A DNA stretch of 64,000 nt. Origin: Coleofasciculus chthonoplastes F2-STO-03. GTDB taxonomy: Bacteria > Cyanobacteriota > Cyanobacteriia > Cyanobacteriales > Coleofasciculaceae. Positions 30,180 to 41,334 of this stretch are shown here, piece by piece. The stretch spans positions 14,497 to 78,496 of the forward strand of contig JAVJWO010000071.1 in assembly GCA_040222015.1 (NCBI GenBank), given 5' to 3'. The position numbers were made by a program, and so were the translations under genes. Under the pieces are notes generated by a model that was given only the letters and a program-made list of their open reading frames with translations, had not been told where the DNA came from and ran no database searches. Every line of letters starts with the position of its first letter. Within the stretch, counting starts at the first letter, position 1.

Positions 30180-31397
30180 TCATTGATCTAAAACCTCTAG
30201 TACCGCCTTGGGTGATAACTTATCCTTAAACCAAATAATTTGGGCAGGTACACGTTCAAGCTTAACCCCGGCTTTATCCAAATTAAGTCGCTCAGAAATT
30301 GCCAAAATCAAATTATCACAAGCCGCCCGCCGGACTTGAGAAAATTTCTTTTGCAGATAGTCGGGACGCCAAAACCCAACAATTTCCAATAACATATCTC
30401 GCCCATCGGGATGCACCAGACGAAAATCGGGAATCATCACACTCCCCGGAATCGGAACCAAATCTACTTCTCGCTCCAGAATCCACTCCGTTTTCAGCGA
30501 GTCCCAACGGTTGGCAAAGGATGCCTCAATCATACTATCGTAAGGCTTACCCGGGGGATAATGAGTGACCAACCCACATTTATCATTGAGACTGAACCGT
30601 CCGGATTTCCACGTTCCCGTGTAGGGATCACGCATTTGTAACGTGGCTTTGAGACTCCAACGGGTAACATGGAGTAGCGCCGGAATCAGTTTCGCGATCG
30701 CGAGTCCATAGCGGGTACTGGTTTTAAATAAACTGGCAGGTCCATCTATAGTAATCGTAAACCCGTGATCGGCATCGCCTTCGATATACGTCATTAAGCC
30801 AAATAACTTTAAATAACGAAACAGTAACTTATACTCTCCCGGTACATTCCGATGAGCATTGAGAATCATCTCAGAGGCTTTGTAGAAAATACCCTGGACT
30901 TGAGATAAGTTGTAACGGTGCAGCAAGGCTTCTGGGGCGGGATCATCAAACTGGGTCAAAATCCGATTTTCCGGCAAATCCGCATAAAGCCCCGTCCGAA
31001 TTTGCGACGGTAGCACCTCTTGGTGTAATTCTTGAGTAAGCGTACTACTCAAAGTTTCCAGAGTCGCTTCTGTAGCGGCGCGACAGGGGAGGGATTGAGC
31101 AGATAGGGTAAAAACCCGTTGTCGCAGTTCTTTCGGTTCCAAGGGGCTGACGATTTCAAAGGTACTGAAATTATTTTTGAGCAGATGCGCTAGTCCCCGT
31201 TTGAGGCGATAATCAGGACTATCCCCTTCTAATTCAGAAAGCTGGCGATTGAGTTGACCTTGGGTGTGACCCACCGCCTCCCGGAAACAGGTGATTAAAT
31301 CCGTGGCGATATCACAGGTTCGTTGGTTAATCGACAACCGCTTGGGGATGATCTCTTCCCCATTTTGTCGATAAATTAGCAGGGGTGTGGGTAACAT
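30180..31397 (-). CDS. DUF790 family (Bax1-like) PD-(D/E)xK nuclease
   Basis: LYADL, YNLSQVQG, IDGPASLF..RYG, YDSMIE, PDF..LEIVGFW. Confidence 0.85.
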   Translation of the reverse strand: MLPTPLLIYRQNGEEIIPKRLSINQRTCDIATDLITCFREAVGHTQGQLNRQLSELEGDSPDYRLKRGLAHLLKNNFSTFEIVSPLEPKELRQRVFTLSAQSLPCRAATEATLETLSSTLTQELHQEVLPSQIRTGLYADLPENRILTQFDDPAPEALLHRYNLSQVQGIFYKASEMILNAHRNVPGEYKLLFRYLKLFGLMTYIEGDADHGFTITIDGPASLFKTSTRYGLAIAKLIPALLHVTRWSLKATLQMRDPYTGTWKSGRFSLNDKCGLVTHYPPGKPYDSMIEASFANRWDSLKTEWILEREVDLVPIPGSVMIPDFRLVHPDGRDMLLEIVGFWRPDYLQKKFSQVRRAACDNLILAISERLNLDKAGVKLERVPAQIIWFKDKLSPKAVLEVLDQ

Positions 31398-31497
31398 GAG
31401 TTATTTGTCTTATGTCAGTGTTCATTAGTCTTATGTCTTATGTCATTGATTATTAGTCACCCCTTCACTATCCGTTACATAATTTCAAGATTAAACT

Positions 31498-32472
31498 ATG
31501 AGTACAACATTATCGATGCGGCAGAAACCTGCCCATACTATCTACAGAGTGCTAGAGTGCAGACCTGATAGCTATAGAGATTGGTTAAATCAAGGGCATG
31601 GATTGCGAGATGAAGGACGCTATGAGGATGCCCTGACCAGCTATAATCGGGCTTTAGACTACAAGCCCCATGATTTTTGGGCGCTGTACTGGCGAGCCGA
31701 TGTTTTAGATGCATTGGGACAGTACTCGGAAGCATTGAGCAGTTATGACCAAGCTTTAGCCGAAAAGCCCACTGATTATTGGAGTTGGTGTCAACGCGCC
31801 AAGGTACTGCGGGAATTACAACGTTACGAAGACGCGATCGCAAGTTATGATCACGCCCTGGATACTCGACCCGATGACTATTGGGCTTGGTACAATCGGG
31901 GACGGGTCGCTCTAGAAGATTTAGATTGGTACAAGGAAGCGATTACCTCCTTTGAGGAAGCCCTGAAGAGTAGACCAACCGATTACTGGAGTTGGTATCG
32001 CTTAGGTGACGCCCAGCGGCATTTGGTACGGTATGGAGAGGCAATTGCCAGTTATGAAAAAGCCTTAGAAACCCAACCCGATGATTATTGGGCATGGTAC
32101 CGACGGGGAGATTCCCTGCGACGATGGGGATGCTTAGAAGACGCCTTAGCTAGCTATGATCGGGCGTTGGAAATCAAACCCACTGACCCCTGGAGTTGGT
32201 ATCAGCGAGGGGAACTACTACGGAAACTGGCTCGATATCCCGAAGCCGTGGCGAGTTATGACCAAGCATTAGCCTCTGATCCAGACGACGAATACGCCTG
32301 GTACAATAAAGCCTGCTGCTATGCCTTACTGGGAAATCAGGAGGGTGCGATCGCGAGTTTACAAGCCGCGATTCGCCTGAATCCCAGCGAATATCTCACC
32401 TTAGCCCAAACTGACTCAGATTTTGATCATCTACGGGGACATGAGCCGTTTGCCGCGTTGCTCAAGGGGTGA
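31498..32472 (+). CDS. TPR protein
   Basis: About eight 34-aa repeats of type YW(A/S)WY.RG..A..SYD.AL. Confidence 0.92.
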   Translation: MSTTLSMRQKPAHTIYRVLECRPDSYRDWLNQGHGLRDEGRYEDALTSYNRALDYKPHDFWALYWRADVLDALGQYSEALSSYDQALAEKPTDYWSWCQRAKVLRELQRYEDAIASYDHALDTRPDDYWAWYNRGRVALEDLDWYKEAITSFEEALKSRPTDYWSWYRLGDAQRHLVRYGEAIASYEKALETQPDDYWAWYRRGDSLRRWGCLEDALASYDRALEIKPTDPWSWYQRGELLRKLARYPEAVASYDQALASDPDDEYAWYNKACCYALLGNQEGAIASLQAAIRLNPSEYLTLAQTDSDFDHLRGHEPFAALLKG

Positions 32473-33328
32473 TGGGATGATGGGGTGATGGAGCAATTTA
32501 AAACTCAACCGATAAATCGAAAAGTTATCGTTATGGGATTGGTCATGGTTCATGGTTCATAGTTCATGGTTCATTGGTCATTTAGGAGCGATCCGCAGCG
32601 CATCAATGTCCATTTAGGGGCGACCCGCTTGCATTAATTCTCAACGGTAGTCCACTCAATCCGATCGGGTCGCCCTGTGTCCGAAGGTGCAAGCGATCGC
32701 GTAAACTATCATGGTTCATGATTGATGTTTCATTGGTCATCCTCTCCCCCCAGCCTAGTCTCAAGGGGCGGGTAAGACAGATAAAAAGGAGACAGGGTGT
32801 AGGGTGTGGGGTATGGGGTTATGGGGTATGGGTAAATTCACTCCTGTTAACAATCTCTTGGACAGACTTGGGGAGCATCAAGAGCCTCATTTTTTTTATC
32901 CCGAAGATCGCATCTACCCTCCTACTCCATCTCCCTTGCCGGATTGCCTGTTCGGTCATGTTTTGTGATAATCTAGTGAAGTCTAGTCCTTCTATGTGCC
33001 CCAGCGCTCTCTCACGCTAGGGTTTCCTCAACTGTTGAAGGCAGTCGCGTCTCTACATGCTTCCCCTAAAGGGGTGGGTTTAGTGTAGTTATCGGTTTTT
33101 TCCCAAACATTATCGCTAAAGCCTGCCCCTGAAGATAATAATGACCTTAGAAATAACCTTAGAAATGACCTTAGAAATGTAGAGACGTAGCATGCTACGT
33201 CTCTACACGATTATTGGTTTGCTTCAGTTGACACCAATGACAGCTAGGCATCCTTACCCGTTCAGGTTCTTGTCCGCAACAACCCTACAGTAATCAGTAA
33301 AGGTTGTTACGGGAAGACATCGAAACAG

Positions 33329-34996
33329 TTACTCAAAAACAGGTGCTGCTTCCTTCACTTCACCCGGCGCATTGGGAAACTTCTTGAAGTTTTCCACAAA
33401 TCGTTTCGCCAAATCCTTCGCTTGTGTCTCGTAAGCTTGGGGATCACTCCAGGTATTTTGGGGATCAAGAATACTGCTGTCAACGCCGGGAACTGATTTT
33501 GGCACTAAGATTTTGAAAATGGGATGGTGATAGAATTTCACTTTCTCCAACTCCCCACTTAACGCCGCTGCAACCATGGCGCGACTGTCTTGAATCCGGA
33601 TACGTGTGCCAACGCCGTAAGGTCCACCTGTCCATCCTGTATTGACTAAATAGACATTAGCGTCGTATTTGACCAGTCGCTCAAATAACATCTCGCCGTA
33701 GACTGTTGGCGACAGGGGAAGGAACGGTTGACCGAAACAAGCGGAGAATGTGGCTTGGGGTTCCGTAATTCCCCGTTCTGTACCTGCCAGTTTGCTGGTG
33801 TAACCCGACATGAAGTGGAAAATTGCCTGATTATTAGTCAGCTTGGTAATCGGGGGTAATACACCAAAAGCATCAGCGGTGAGAAAAATAACGGTTCCGG
33901 GATGACCACCAATACCCGGAATGACACAATTGGGAATATAATCGACCGGATACGCGACTCGTGTGTTTTCAGTGAGGCGACCATCATCATAGTTGGGAAT
34001 GCGGGTTTCTGGGTCAAGCATCACGTTTTCCATCATTGACCCGAAGCGAATCGCTGACCAAATTTGGGGTTCATTCGTCCGCGACAGCCGAATGGTTTTG
34101 GCGTAGCAACCTCCCTCAAAGTTAAAGACACCTCGTTCTGACCATCCATGTTCATCATCCCCAATTAGATGGCGGGTAGGATCGGCGGATAAAGTGGTTT
34201 TCCCTGTACCCGAAAGTCCAAAGAATAACGCGGTGTTCCCTTTTTTGTCCATGTTGGCGGAACAATGCATGGGCAGAACATCGCGCTTCGTCATCAGATA
34301 ATTCATGAATGAGAATGCCGACTTTTTGGTTTCACCGGCATAGCGCGAACCGCCGATCAAAACCAGCCGTTTGGCAAAGCTGACGACAATAAAGGCTTCA
34401 CTATGGATACCATTAATTTCTGGGTCTCCCTGTAAACCAGGAATCGCAATAATTGTTAATTCGTGGTTATGAGTGTTCAGTTCCTCTGGAGTGGGGCGGA
34501 GGAACATTTGATGGGCAAACAAATTTTGCGAGGCGAGTTCGTTAATAACTCGTACACCCAGGCGGTATTGCGGATCAACGCCGACATATCCATCAAAGAT
34601 AAACAGATCTCTGCCTTGCAAATAAGCCAACATCTGTTTATAGAGTAAGTCAAATTTTTCCTGGGAGATGGGAACGTTGACTTTATTCCAGTTCACTTCC
34701 TCATGCAGCCCTGGCTCATCAACGATGAATTTATCCGCAGGAGAACGTCCGGTGTATTTGCCTGTTTCTACACAAAGAGCGCCATTGGCAGCGAGAACGC
34801 CTTCATGACGTTTTAGGGATTCTTCAATAAGCTGGGGAACCGGGAGATTGTGATACAGATGACCAAGGTTCCTTAACCCCAGGGATTCTAGACCATAATG
34901 CTCATCATTCATGTGAGGATTGACTTCAGATAATGTTTGATAGACGTGGTTCAACGTTTTCAGTTCAGATTCCAATTTGTAAGCTTTTTCGTTCAT
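33329..34996 (-). CDS. pckA: PEP carboxykinase (ATP)
   Basis: TGRSP, FFGLSGTGKTTLS, IGDDEHGW, NFEGGCYAK. Confidence 0.96.
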   Translation of the reverse strand: MNEKAYKLESELKTLNHVYQTLSEVNPHMNDEHYGLESLGLRNLGHLYHNLPVPQLIEESLKRHEGVLAANGALCVETGKYTGRSPADKFIVDEPGLHEEVNWNKVNVPISQEKFDLLYKQMLAYLQGRDLFIFDGYVGVDPQYRLGVRVINELASQNLFAHQMFLRPTPEELNTHNHELTIIAIPGLQGDPEINGIHSEAFIVVSFAKRLVLIGGSRYAGETKKSAFSFMNYLMTKRDVLPMHCSANMDKKGNTALFFGLSGTGKTTLSADPTRHLIGDDEHGWSERGVFNFEGGCYAKTIRLSRTNEPQIWSAIRFGSMMENVMLDPETRIPNYDDGRLTENTRVAYPVDYIPNCVIPGIGGHPGTVIFLTADAFGVLPPITKLTNNQAIFHFMSGYTSKLAGTERGITEPQATFSACFGQPFLPLSPTVYGEMLFERLVKYDANVYLVNTGWTGGPYGVGTRIRIQDSRAMVAAALSGELEKVKFYHHPIFKILVPKSVPGVDSSILDPQNTWSDPQAYETQAKDLAKRFVENFKKFPNAPGEVKEAAPVFE

Positions 34997-35363
34997 ATCA
35001 GCACCTTCTACACTCTATCAGCGTGAACTTGCGTTTGCCATAAGAAATATTTCCTAGGTTTATTTGTATCAGAAAAATCGTGTTGTATTTTACTAATTCA
35101 CAATTATTTAAATTAGTTAATATTTTTTATTTATTTTTTGTAAACAAAAATTAGTCTCAGTCTTCTTAGTGCTTAAACTCTAAAATTTGTCAAGCTTAAA
35201 TCGTGCAAATATCAACGTTTAATGACAATTCAGCTTGGCTAATTATCGGGAATATATTATGCTAACAAAAAGTATAATACGCTAGGGTCGGAACAAAGTA
35301 ATGTTCCTAGGTTAATCATGAGTGATAAATTTTGCTCTCCTGTATAACCCTGGCGCTCATCGT

Positions 35364-35404
35364 ATCATAGAGTAAAATCTATAGTAAATAGTAACAAAAG
35401 CTAC
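35364..35404 (-). promoter_or_regulatory. Putative NtcA site with -10 box facing pckA
   Basis: GTAACAAAAGCTAC (GTA-N8-TAC) at 35391-35404, then 21 nt, then TATGAT on the minus strand. Confidence 0.5.
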
Positions 35405-35506
35405 AAAAAAACAATTTATTTTTGGCTCCAATTAAGATTCCGTGAACAGGGGGTTGAAACTGTTCCCTGTTCCCTCCCCTCACCCCAAAACTCCCTACAG
35501 CAGACC

Positions 35507-36103
35507 CTAATTAGAGACTTCTGCCATTTCAATAACGCGCCCTTCTAAATCCTTGACTAAAAAATTAAACGGTTTTTGAGCGCGAACCTTATACTTGAGG
35601 CGTCGCATTTGTACCCGCATCAACACTTGTTCTAAGCAATCATGATCAAAGCAGACATGGCGGTGTCGATTTTTATTCCCATAGCTGGCACCGGAAATGA
35701 CATGGAGTTGGGTATTTTTTTTTAGCTGATACCAAAGTCCCTCGGTTCCTTGTAGTTGAGTCGCACTCGTGGTTCCGGTATTGGTGGATAGATAGAGGGG
35801 GTCGATCCCAGTTGCACCTAGGGTTTGCTCATAGTTGTAGTAGTAATGTAGGGGAACTTCCGCGGCGGACAATTCCAGCAAGCCTTCGTAAAACTGCCGT
35901 GCCACCTCCAAATCAGACACCATAATGGTATGTACTTTTGGCGCACTGGTGAGAAACATCCACATCGCCACCGCGTAAGCTGCCAAGAGCATAACCATAA
36001 TGCCTTGGGTGGAAAAAAGGCTATCTAATGGCAGAGAGGGTAAAAAAGCACCCAAAGGCAGGAGCGGTAGTCGAAAGGCAATAATATCAACTGATAGAAT
36101 CAT
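35507..36103 (-). CDS. Glyoxalase/VOC-like domain protein
   Basis: HTIMVSDLEVARQFY..HVCF..KDLEGRVIE. Confidence 0.8.
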   Translation of the reverse strand: MILSVDIIAFRLPLLPLGAFLPSLPLDSLFSTQGIMVMLLAAYAVAMWMFLTSAPKVHTIMVSDLEVARQFYEGLLELSAAEVPLHYYYNYEQTLGATGIDPLYLSTNTGTTSATQLQGTEGLWYQLKKNTQLHVISGASYGNKNRHRHVCFDHDCLEQVLMRVQMRRLKYKVRAQKPFNFLVKDLEGRVIEMAEVSN

Positions 36104-36392
36104 TCTGACAAGCTATGTTGAGTTGATTTAAGTTTAATGAATCGGTTGTCCTGTTACAGGTTTATGATGAATACCATCTGATGTCCTACAGATGTTACTA
36201 GATGTTACTAATTTTAGCTAAGCTCAACAAGCTATGCTAATCCTCTGGTACGTATAACTTACACGCTAAGTATGACAGGCGTCAGCAACTCACCGTTAAA
36301 TCCTTGACCAAAGGGATAACACCGGCATAAGGGAGGCATCTACTTGAGCGTTAACGCCGCGCATTCGGAATTCTAGCTAGAACGTAAAGACT

Positions 36393-37061
36393 GTGCATAT
36401 TCCACATTTTTCTGAATCCAACCATCCGCTAGTCAAATCCCTGTTTCACTACAGCGATCGCGAATTGGTGACGCTGTTTCAGCGCTATCCGGAACAGGGC
36501 AAGTATTTCACGGCGATTTTCTGCCGCTATAGTCCGATTGTCTATACCTTAATTCGTCATTCGGCGCGATCGCCTGTGCAAGCTGACTACCTCTTTGCCC
36601 TTACTTGGCGTCATATTTTCTATGAATTGCGGGGAATGGATTTCATCAAAGAGGCGGCGAGTGAATCCAATACCTTCCAAAGCTGGCTGATTAACATGAC
36701 AGCCGTCTGCATCAATCAAGCGGAGTTACCCCCAGTGGAGTCTATTCACTATACCCTGCAAGCCGCACCACCGCCATTATGGTGTTACCTGGAGGCGGCA
36801 TTAGAGCAGTTACCTGCGCTCATGCGGTTAATCATCATCATGGCGTTAACCTTTAAGTGGAGTGAAACCCGCATCGCTGCTTATTTACAAGCGGAAGGCG
36901 AAGCGATCGCACCCGCTCAAGTCAGACGTCAACTCCAGCAAGGGTATCAGCTATTAGAGGCAAACTTACCCGATGATATTCGCGAGATTTACTTACAGGA
37001 AGCGCAGGAAGCGGTGGATCATGCCGATGGCAAGTCCGAATCCAAGGCTGTCCCCGTTTAA
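36393..37061 (+). CDS. Sigma-70/ECF-like protein
   Basis: Region 2-like FQSWL and region 4-like WSETRIAAYL segments. Confidence 0.7.
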   Translation: MHIPHFSESNHPLVKSLFHYSDRELVTLFQRYPEQGKYFTAIFCRYSPIVYTLIRHSARSPVQADYLFALTWRHIFYELRGMDFIKEAASESNTFQSWLINMTAVCINQAELPPVESIHYTLQAAPPPLWCYLEAALEQLPALMRLIIIMALTFKWSETRIAAYLQAEGEAIAPAQVRRQLQQGYQLLEANLPDDIREIYLQEAQEAVDHADGKSESKAVPV

Positions 37062-37106
37062 ACTAAAGATAGAAATTTTTTATCCCGATCAAAAAATCTC
37101 CCGATC

Positions 37107-38183
37107 ATGAACAGAGGATATCTCTCGGTGAAGGTGATTCGTCGCACAGCGATGGCTCTGATTTCTGGGGCGGTACTGCTGGCGAGTAACCCGGCTCAAA
37201 GTCAAACCGTCTCCAATGACACGGGTTTTGACTTACAAGATCAATTAACAATTCCCTTAGATAGCACGATTCAACGGGAAGCACGAAATGAGGCAGATGT
37301 ACTGTTGCGGTTAGGAGGAGAGGCAAAACGCCAAGCAAATTTACAAAAAGCGATCGCCTATTGGCAACAGGCGTTGGATCTTTATCAAAAAATTGGCGAT
37401 TTTGAAGGACAGGGCTTAGCTTACAATTATATCGGTCTCGCTTACGCTGATTTGGGACGCTTTTCCCAAGCCGAAGAGTCTCTGCGCCGTCGGTTAGGGG
37501 TTGCTCGTTTCCTCCAAGATTTTCAGGGACAAATTTATGCCTTGAATAACGTGGGTACTGTACTGGTACAATCAAATGATCTGAACGCTGCTCAAGAAAG
37601 CTTTGCTGAAGCTCTAACCATTGCTCGCACAGTAGGCGATCGCGAAGGGGAAGGACTTAGTTTGAGCAACCTGGGTTTAGTCGCGGCTCGTGCGGGTGAT
37701 TATTTAGAGGCGATTAAGCAGTATAAAGCGGCGATAACCTTGCGGCGGCGATTAGGCGATCCCTTGGGAGAGGCAAATACTCGTAATAATTTAGGGGATG
37801 CCTATTTCGCGATCGCCTCCTACAAAGATGCAATTGGCTCCTATCGCTATACTTTACAACTGGCACAAGATAGCCAGGATATTTCCAATCAGTTTCGCGC
37901 CTTGCGGGGATTAGCGAAATCCTACAGCATCATTGGTCCAGATTTGCTGGCGATTCGATACCTGAATCAGCATCTCGCCTTAGCCCAAGAACAGGAAAGC
38001 TTAAGCCGAGAGCTAGTTACACTGAGATTATTTGCCGAATTTTACCTAGCTAGAGGAAATGTACTGAAAGCGAAGCAATTTTACGAACAAGCGATCGCTC
38101 TCGCTAATGCGATCGGTGAGACTCAGCAAGAAGCCTTATTACGAAATCAGTTAGCCCAACTCCTTTATGATCGAGGAGAGTGA
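37107..38183 (+). CDS. Exported TPR protein
   Basis: Signal peptide plus repeated L(N/S)NLG..Y units. Confidence 0.88.
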   Translation: MNRGYLSVKVIRRTAMALISGAVLLASNPAQSQTVSNDTGFDLQDQLTIPLDSTIQREARNEADVLLRLGGEAKRQANLQKAIAYWQQALDLYQKIGDFEGQGLAYNYIGLAYADLGRFSQAEESLRRRLGVARFLQDFQGQIYALNNVGTVLVQSNDLNAAQESFAEALTIARTVGDREGEGLSLSNLGLVAARAGDYLEAIKQYKAAITLRRRLGDPLGEANTRNNLGDAYFAIASYKDAIGSYRYTLQLAQDSQDISNQFRALRGLAKSYSIIGPDLLAIRYLNQHLALAQEQESLSRELVTLRLFAEFYLARGNVLKAKQFYEQAIALANAIGETQQEALLRNQLAQLLYDRGE

Positions 38184-38259
38184 ACTTCTATTTTTCCCAA
38201 CGTTCCCAACGCCGAGCAACAACTTTGGTGTTGGGCATCTACAATAAGTTATTGATTAA

Positions 38260-38331
<72 letters not shown>

Positions 38332-38813
38332 TCATGACTTCAATGCTCGCCACGATTACTAATCTTACCCAGTAAAGGGATGATTTGGCAAGTCCTCTGG
38401 CAAAATTTTTTTTAGAGCATCCGCTGTTACGCCTTCGGTTTTCCAGTCATACCTGTAATTTCTCGCCATAAAAAATGCTGTAACCCCTTTGGTTAAAGGA
38501 TTTCAGCTAATATTGTTTCTTCACTTCATTGCCGATGTGTCAAGCAGCGCGATCGCGGATCTATACTCAATCGAGATCAACTCCCCCTGTTTTGATCGGG
38601 GACAAGGCAGAAGAAAAAGGCTCCAAGACACGAGGAAACAGTAGTGCGAGCGTCTCGCTCGCTAAGTGACAGCGTTAACCCGCCAGGAATTCATACCAAG
38701 TTGTGTTCAAAGGTAGCAGATAGAGTAGATGGGGAGATGGGGTGAGAGAGAGATGGACAGACGCATCTCTCTCCTGCTATTGCCTATTGCCTATTGCCTT
38801 TTTCCATATAAAC

Positions 38814-39452
38814 TTAATCCAATTGTGCGATAATGTTCAATACGTCACGAGGATGGTCAACTAAAAAATCAGGATTGTATTGGTTTAATACACTGAACGA
38901 ATTAAATCCCCAAGTTACGGCTATTACCTTTATGTTAATCTTCTTTGCTGCGGAGATATCTCGCGTTTCATCTCCTATATACATAAGAGAGTTAGATTGA
39001 AAGTAGTGATATTCGATCAATTTTATTAAAGCGCGTGATTTACCGAAAATTGAAGGCTCTGAACAAATAAAACTAAAAAAACAGTCTAAACTATGTATCT
39101 TTAGGAATTCCTTAACATTGTCTTCGCTGTTTGAGGTTAAGATGCCGATAATTTTTCCTTGATTTTTCAACTCCTTTAACAACTCAGGGATGCCAGCAAC
39201 AGGCTTGAACGATTCAATATCCTGATGTAATTCTGATTGAATCCGCTTCAGCAAAAAAGGAATCTTGAATAATGGAACTCCTGATTCTTTAATAATCTGG
39301 CGAGCGCTTAAATTTCTAACTCTCTCAATATCTGATGGCATCAACGGTTTATATCCAAAGTCGTCCGCTAAACGGTTCGCGATCTGGACGATCGCGTTGA
39401 AAGTATCCGCTAAAGTGCCATCAAAATCAAAAACAATGACTTTTATACTCAT
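38814..39452 (-). CDS. HAD hydrolase (phosphoglycolate phosphatase-like)
   Basis: FDFDGTLADT, LTSN, YIGDETRD. Confidence 0.9.
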   Translation of the reverse strand: MSIKVIVFDFDGTLADTFNAIVQIANRLADDFGYKPLMPSDIERVRNLSARQIIKESGVPLFKIPFLLKRIQSELHQDIESFKPVAGIPELLKELKNQGKIIGILTSNSEDNVKEFLKIHSLDCFFSFICSEPSIFGKSRALIKLIEYHYFQSNSLMYIGDETRDISAAKKINIKVIAVTWGFNSFSVLNQYNPDFLVDHPRDVLNIIAQLD

Positions 39453-39750
39453 GAGTTGGTTCCGACAATTGACAATAACCGAAATGTCAACAGATGCCTC
39501 AAAATCTATCTAGACATCCCGCTGAAACACCAACGTCGGAACATCTCAGTTTCTTGTCCAAGATTTTTTCCGAATTCCGTAAGCGTAGGATCTATAGTGC
39601 AGGGAAAGATAAAAAACTTGACATGACAGCATGAAAACCAAGTAAAATCCGGGTTGTAGGGATAAACACTGGGGCAGATAGCCTGATCACTACAGCCACT
39701 GGCACGGGCAGAATGACTGTATGATAAACGTTAATGACTGAAAAACTCAA

Positions 39751-40395
39751 ATGTTTCAGAAATTTACTGAAGTCCTAAATTATATTGCTAGTCATCCAGA
39801 CAACTTTAGGGAAGCCCTAGGGCAACATCTACTATTGGTACTCGTGCCACTGACAATCAGCTTAGTGCTAGGTTTACCGTTAGGGTTGCTGAGTGCGCGA
39901 TCGCGAACTGCCTCAACTGTCTTGATTAATACCGTCAATGGCTTACGAGTCATTCCCAGCTTAGCGATTTTATTCGTTGCCATTCCCTATTTGGGGCTAA
40001 GTTTCAAATCGGCGGCGGTAGCGTTGACACTTTTAGCACTACCACCGATTTTGATCAGCACAGATGTTGCCTTTCGCACTATTGAACCCACTATCATCGA
40101 AGCCGCCAAAGGGATGGGGATGTCTCCCCGGCAAATTCTGCAACAAATTGAAATCCCGTTAGTCTTACCCGTAATTATTGCTGGGATTAAAACCGCAACA
40201 GTCGAGGTGATTGCTAGTGCGACTCTAGCTGCTTTTATTGGTGCAGGGGGATTGGGAAGTTTTATTGTGTTGGGGTTTGCGCTTTATGATCAAAGCATTC
40301 TATTAGTTGGTGCCATTCCAGTGGCAATATTGGCATTAGTGGCGGAGGTGAGTTTGACTGCTTTACAACGATTGACATCCTCACACAGCGTTTGA
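39751..40395 (+). CDS. Osmoprotectant/ergothioneine-type ABC permease
   Basis: IPSLA, EAAKGMGMS, IGAGGLG. Confidence 0.88.
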   Translation: MFQKFTEVLNYIASHPDNFREALGQHLLLVLVPLTISLVLGLPLGLLSARSRTASTVLINTVNGLRVIPSLAILFVAIPYLGLSFKSAAVALTLLALPPILISTDVAFRTIEPTIIEAAKGMGMSPRQILQQIEIPLVLPVIIAGIKTATVEVIASATLAAFIGAGGLGSFIVLGFALYDQSILLVGAIPVAILALVAEVSLTALQRLTSSHSV

Positions 40396-40457
40396 AACTC
40401 TCCGACTCTAAAGAGACGATATAATAATTAAAAAAGCACCAAGCAGGTATAGTTATA

Positions 40458-40640
40458 ATGCAGGCTATTTTTCATTTAGCAACAATTATTTGGGACAATC
40501 TAGAAAAAGTAGTCCCAATTTTAGCATCTGGTTATAAACCTTTACTGGGAACGGCTTTGATGGAAGGATATCATTTGGAAATTGATTTTGAAGAAAATGG
40601 TTTAGTTTCGTTAGAACGAATTCCACCCTCAATTTCATAG
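40458..40640 (+). pseudogene. C-terminal fragment of a clan AA aspartyl protease-like gene
   Basis: PLLGTALMEGYHLEIDF..VSLE; no DTG motif present. Confidence 0.5.
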
Positions 40641-40681
40641 ATTCTGAACAACAAACGCCAGTCACCAATCCCTACTCCCAA

Positions 40682-41326
40682 TCAAGCATCACTCATCAGC
40701 TTGATTTTTCGTTGCGGATTCGATAGCCATTGTAATCCTAACAAGATACCATTTAAAGCAAATGCCAGAATCGCCACGGTAATTGCCCCCGCCCAAATCT
40801 TATCGTAGCGACTCTGAGAAACCCCATCAAAGAGGAGTACTCCCAATCCTCCCGCCCCAAATTTAGCACCAATTGTGGAGATCGCGATCGCGACAATTGT
40901 TGCCAGACGGATTCCGGCAATGCCAATGGGTAAAATTAGGGGAACTTGTACCCACCACCAGCGTTGCCAAGAATTCATCCCCATCCCGCGTGCGGCTTCT
41001 AAAATTTCCGGATCAATCGATTGTAAGGCGACCAAAAAATTTCGTACCAGAATCACTTGGGTATAGAGAATCATCGCCACCACGACGGATTGGCGATTTA
41101 ACCCCAAAAGTGGCACAAGCAGAATAATTAGCGCCAGACTGGGTATGGTGTAGAGGATGCCCAGAATACCCACAACTGGGATATTCAGCCAACGGTAGCG
41201 AGTGATCAGCGCCGATAAAGGCAGTGCGATCGCGATAGCAATCAGTACGGCTAAACCCGTCATCTGGAGATGTTCGAGCAGCAATTGAATAATATCTTCA
41301 GGATTTTTAATAATATAGTTCATCAC
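40682..41326 (-). CDS. Osmoprotectant/ergothioneine-type ABC permease
   Basis: TIPSLAL, EAARGMGMN, GAGGLG. Confidence 0.88.
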   Translation of the reverse strand: MMNYIIKNPEDIIQLLLEHLQMTGLAVLIAIAIALPLSALITRYRWLNIPVVGILGILYTIPSLALIILLVPLLGLNRQSVVVAMILYTQVILVRNFLVALQSIDPEILEAARGMGMNSWQRWWWVQVPLILPIGIAGIRLATIVAIAISTIGAKFGAGGLGVLLFDGVSQSRYDKIWAGAITVAILAFALNGILLGLQWLSNPQRKIKLMSDA

Positions 41327-41334
41327 TGGACTAT

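Noticed and set aside
32718..33020. 100-aa ORF between the TPR gene and pckA
   Set aside because: Built largely from STRR/REP-like sequence, with no recognisable domain.
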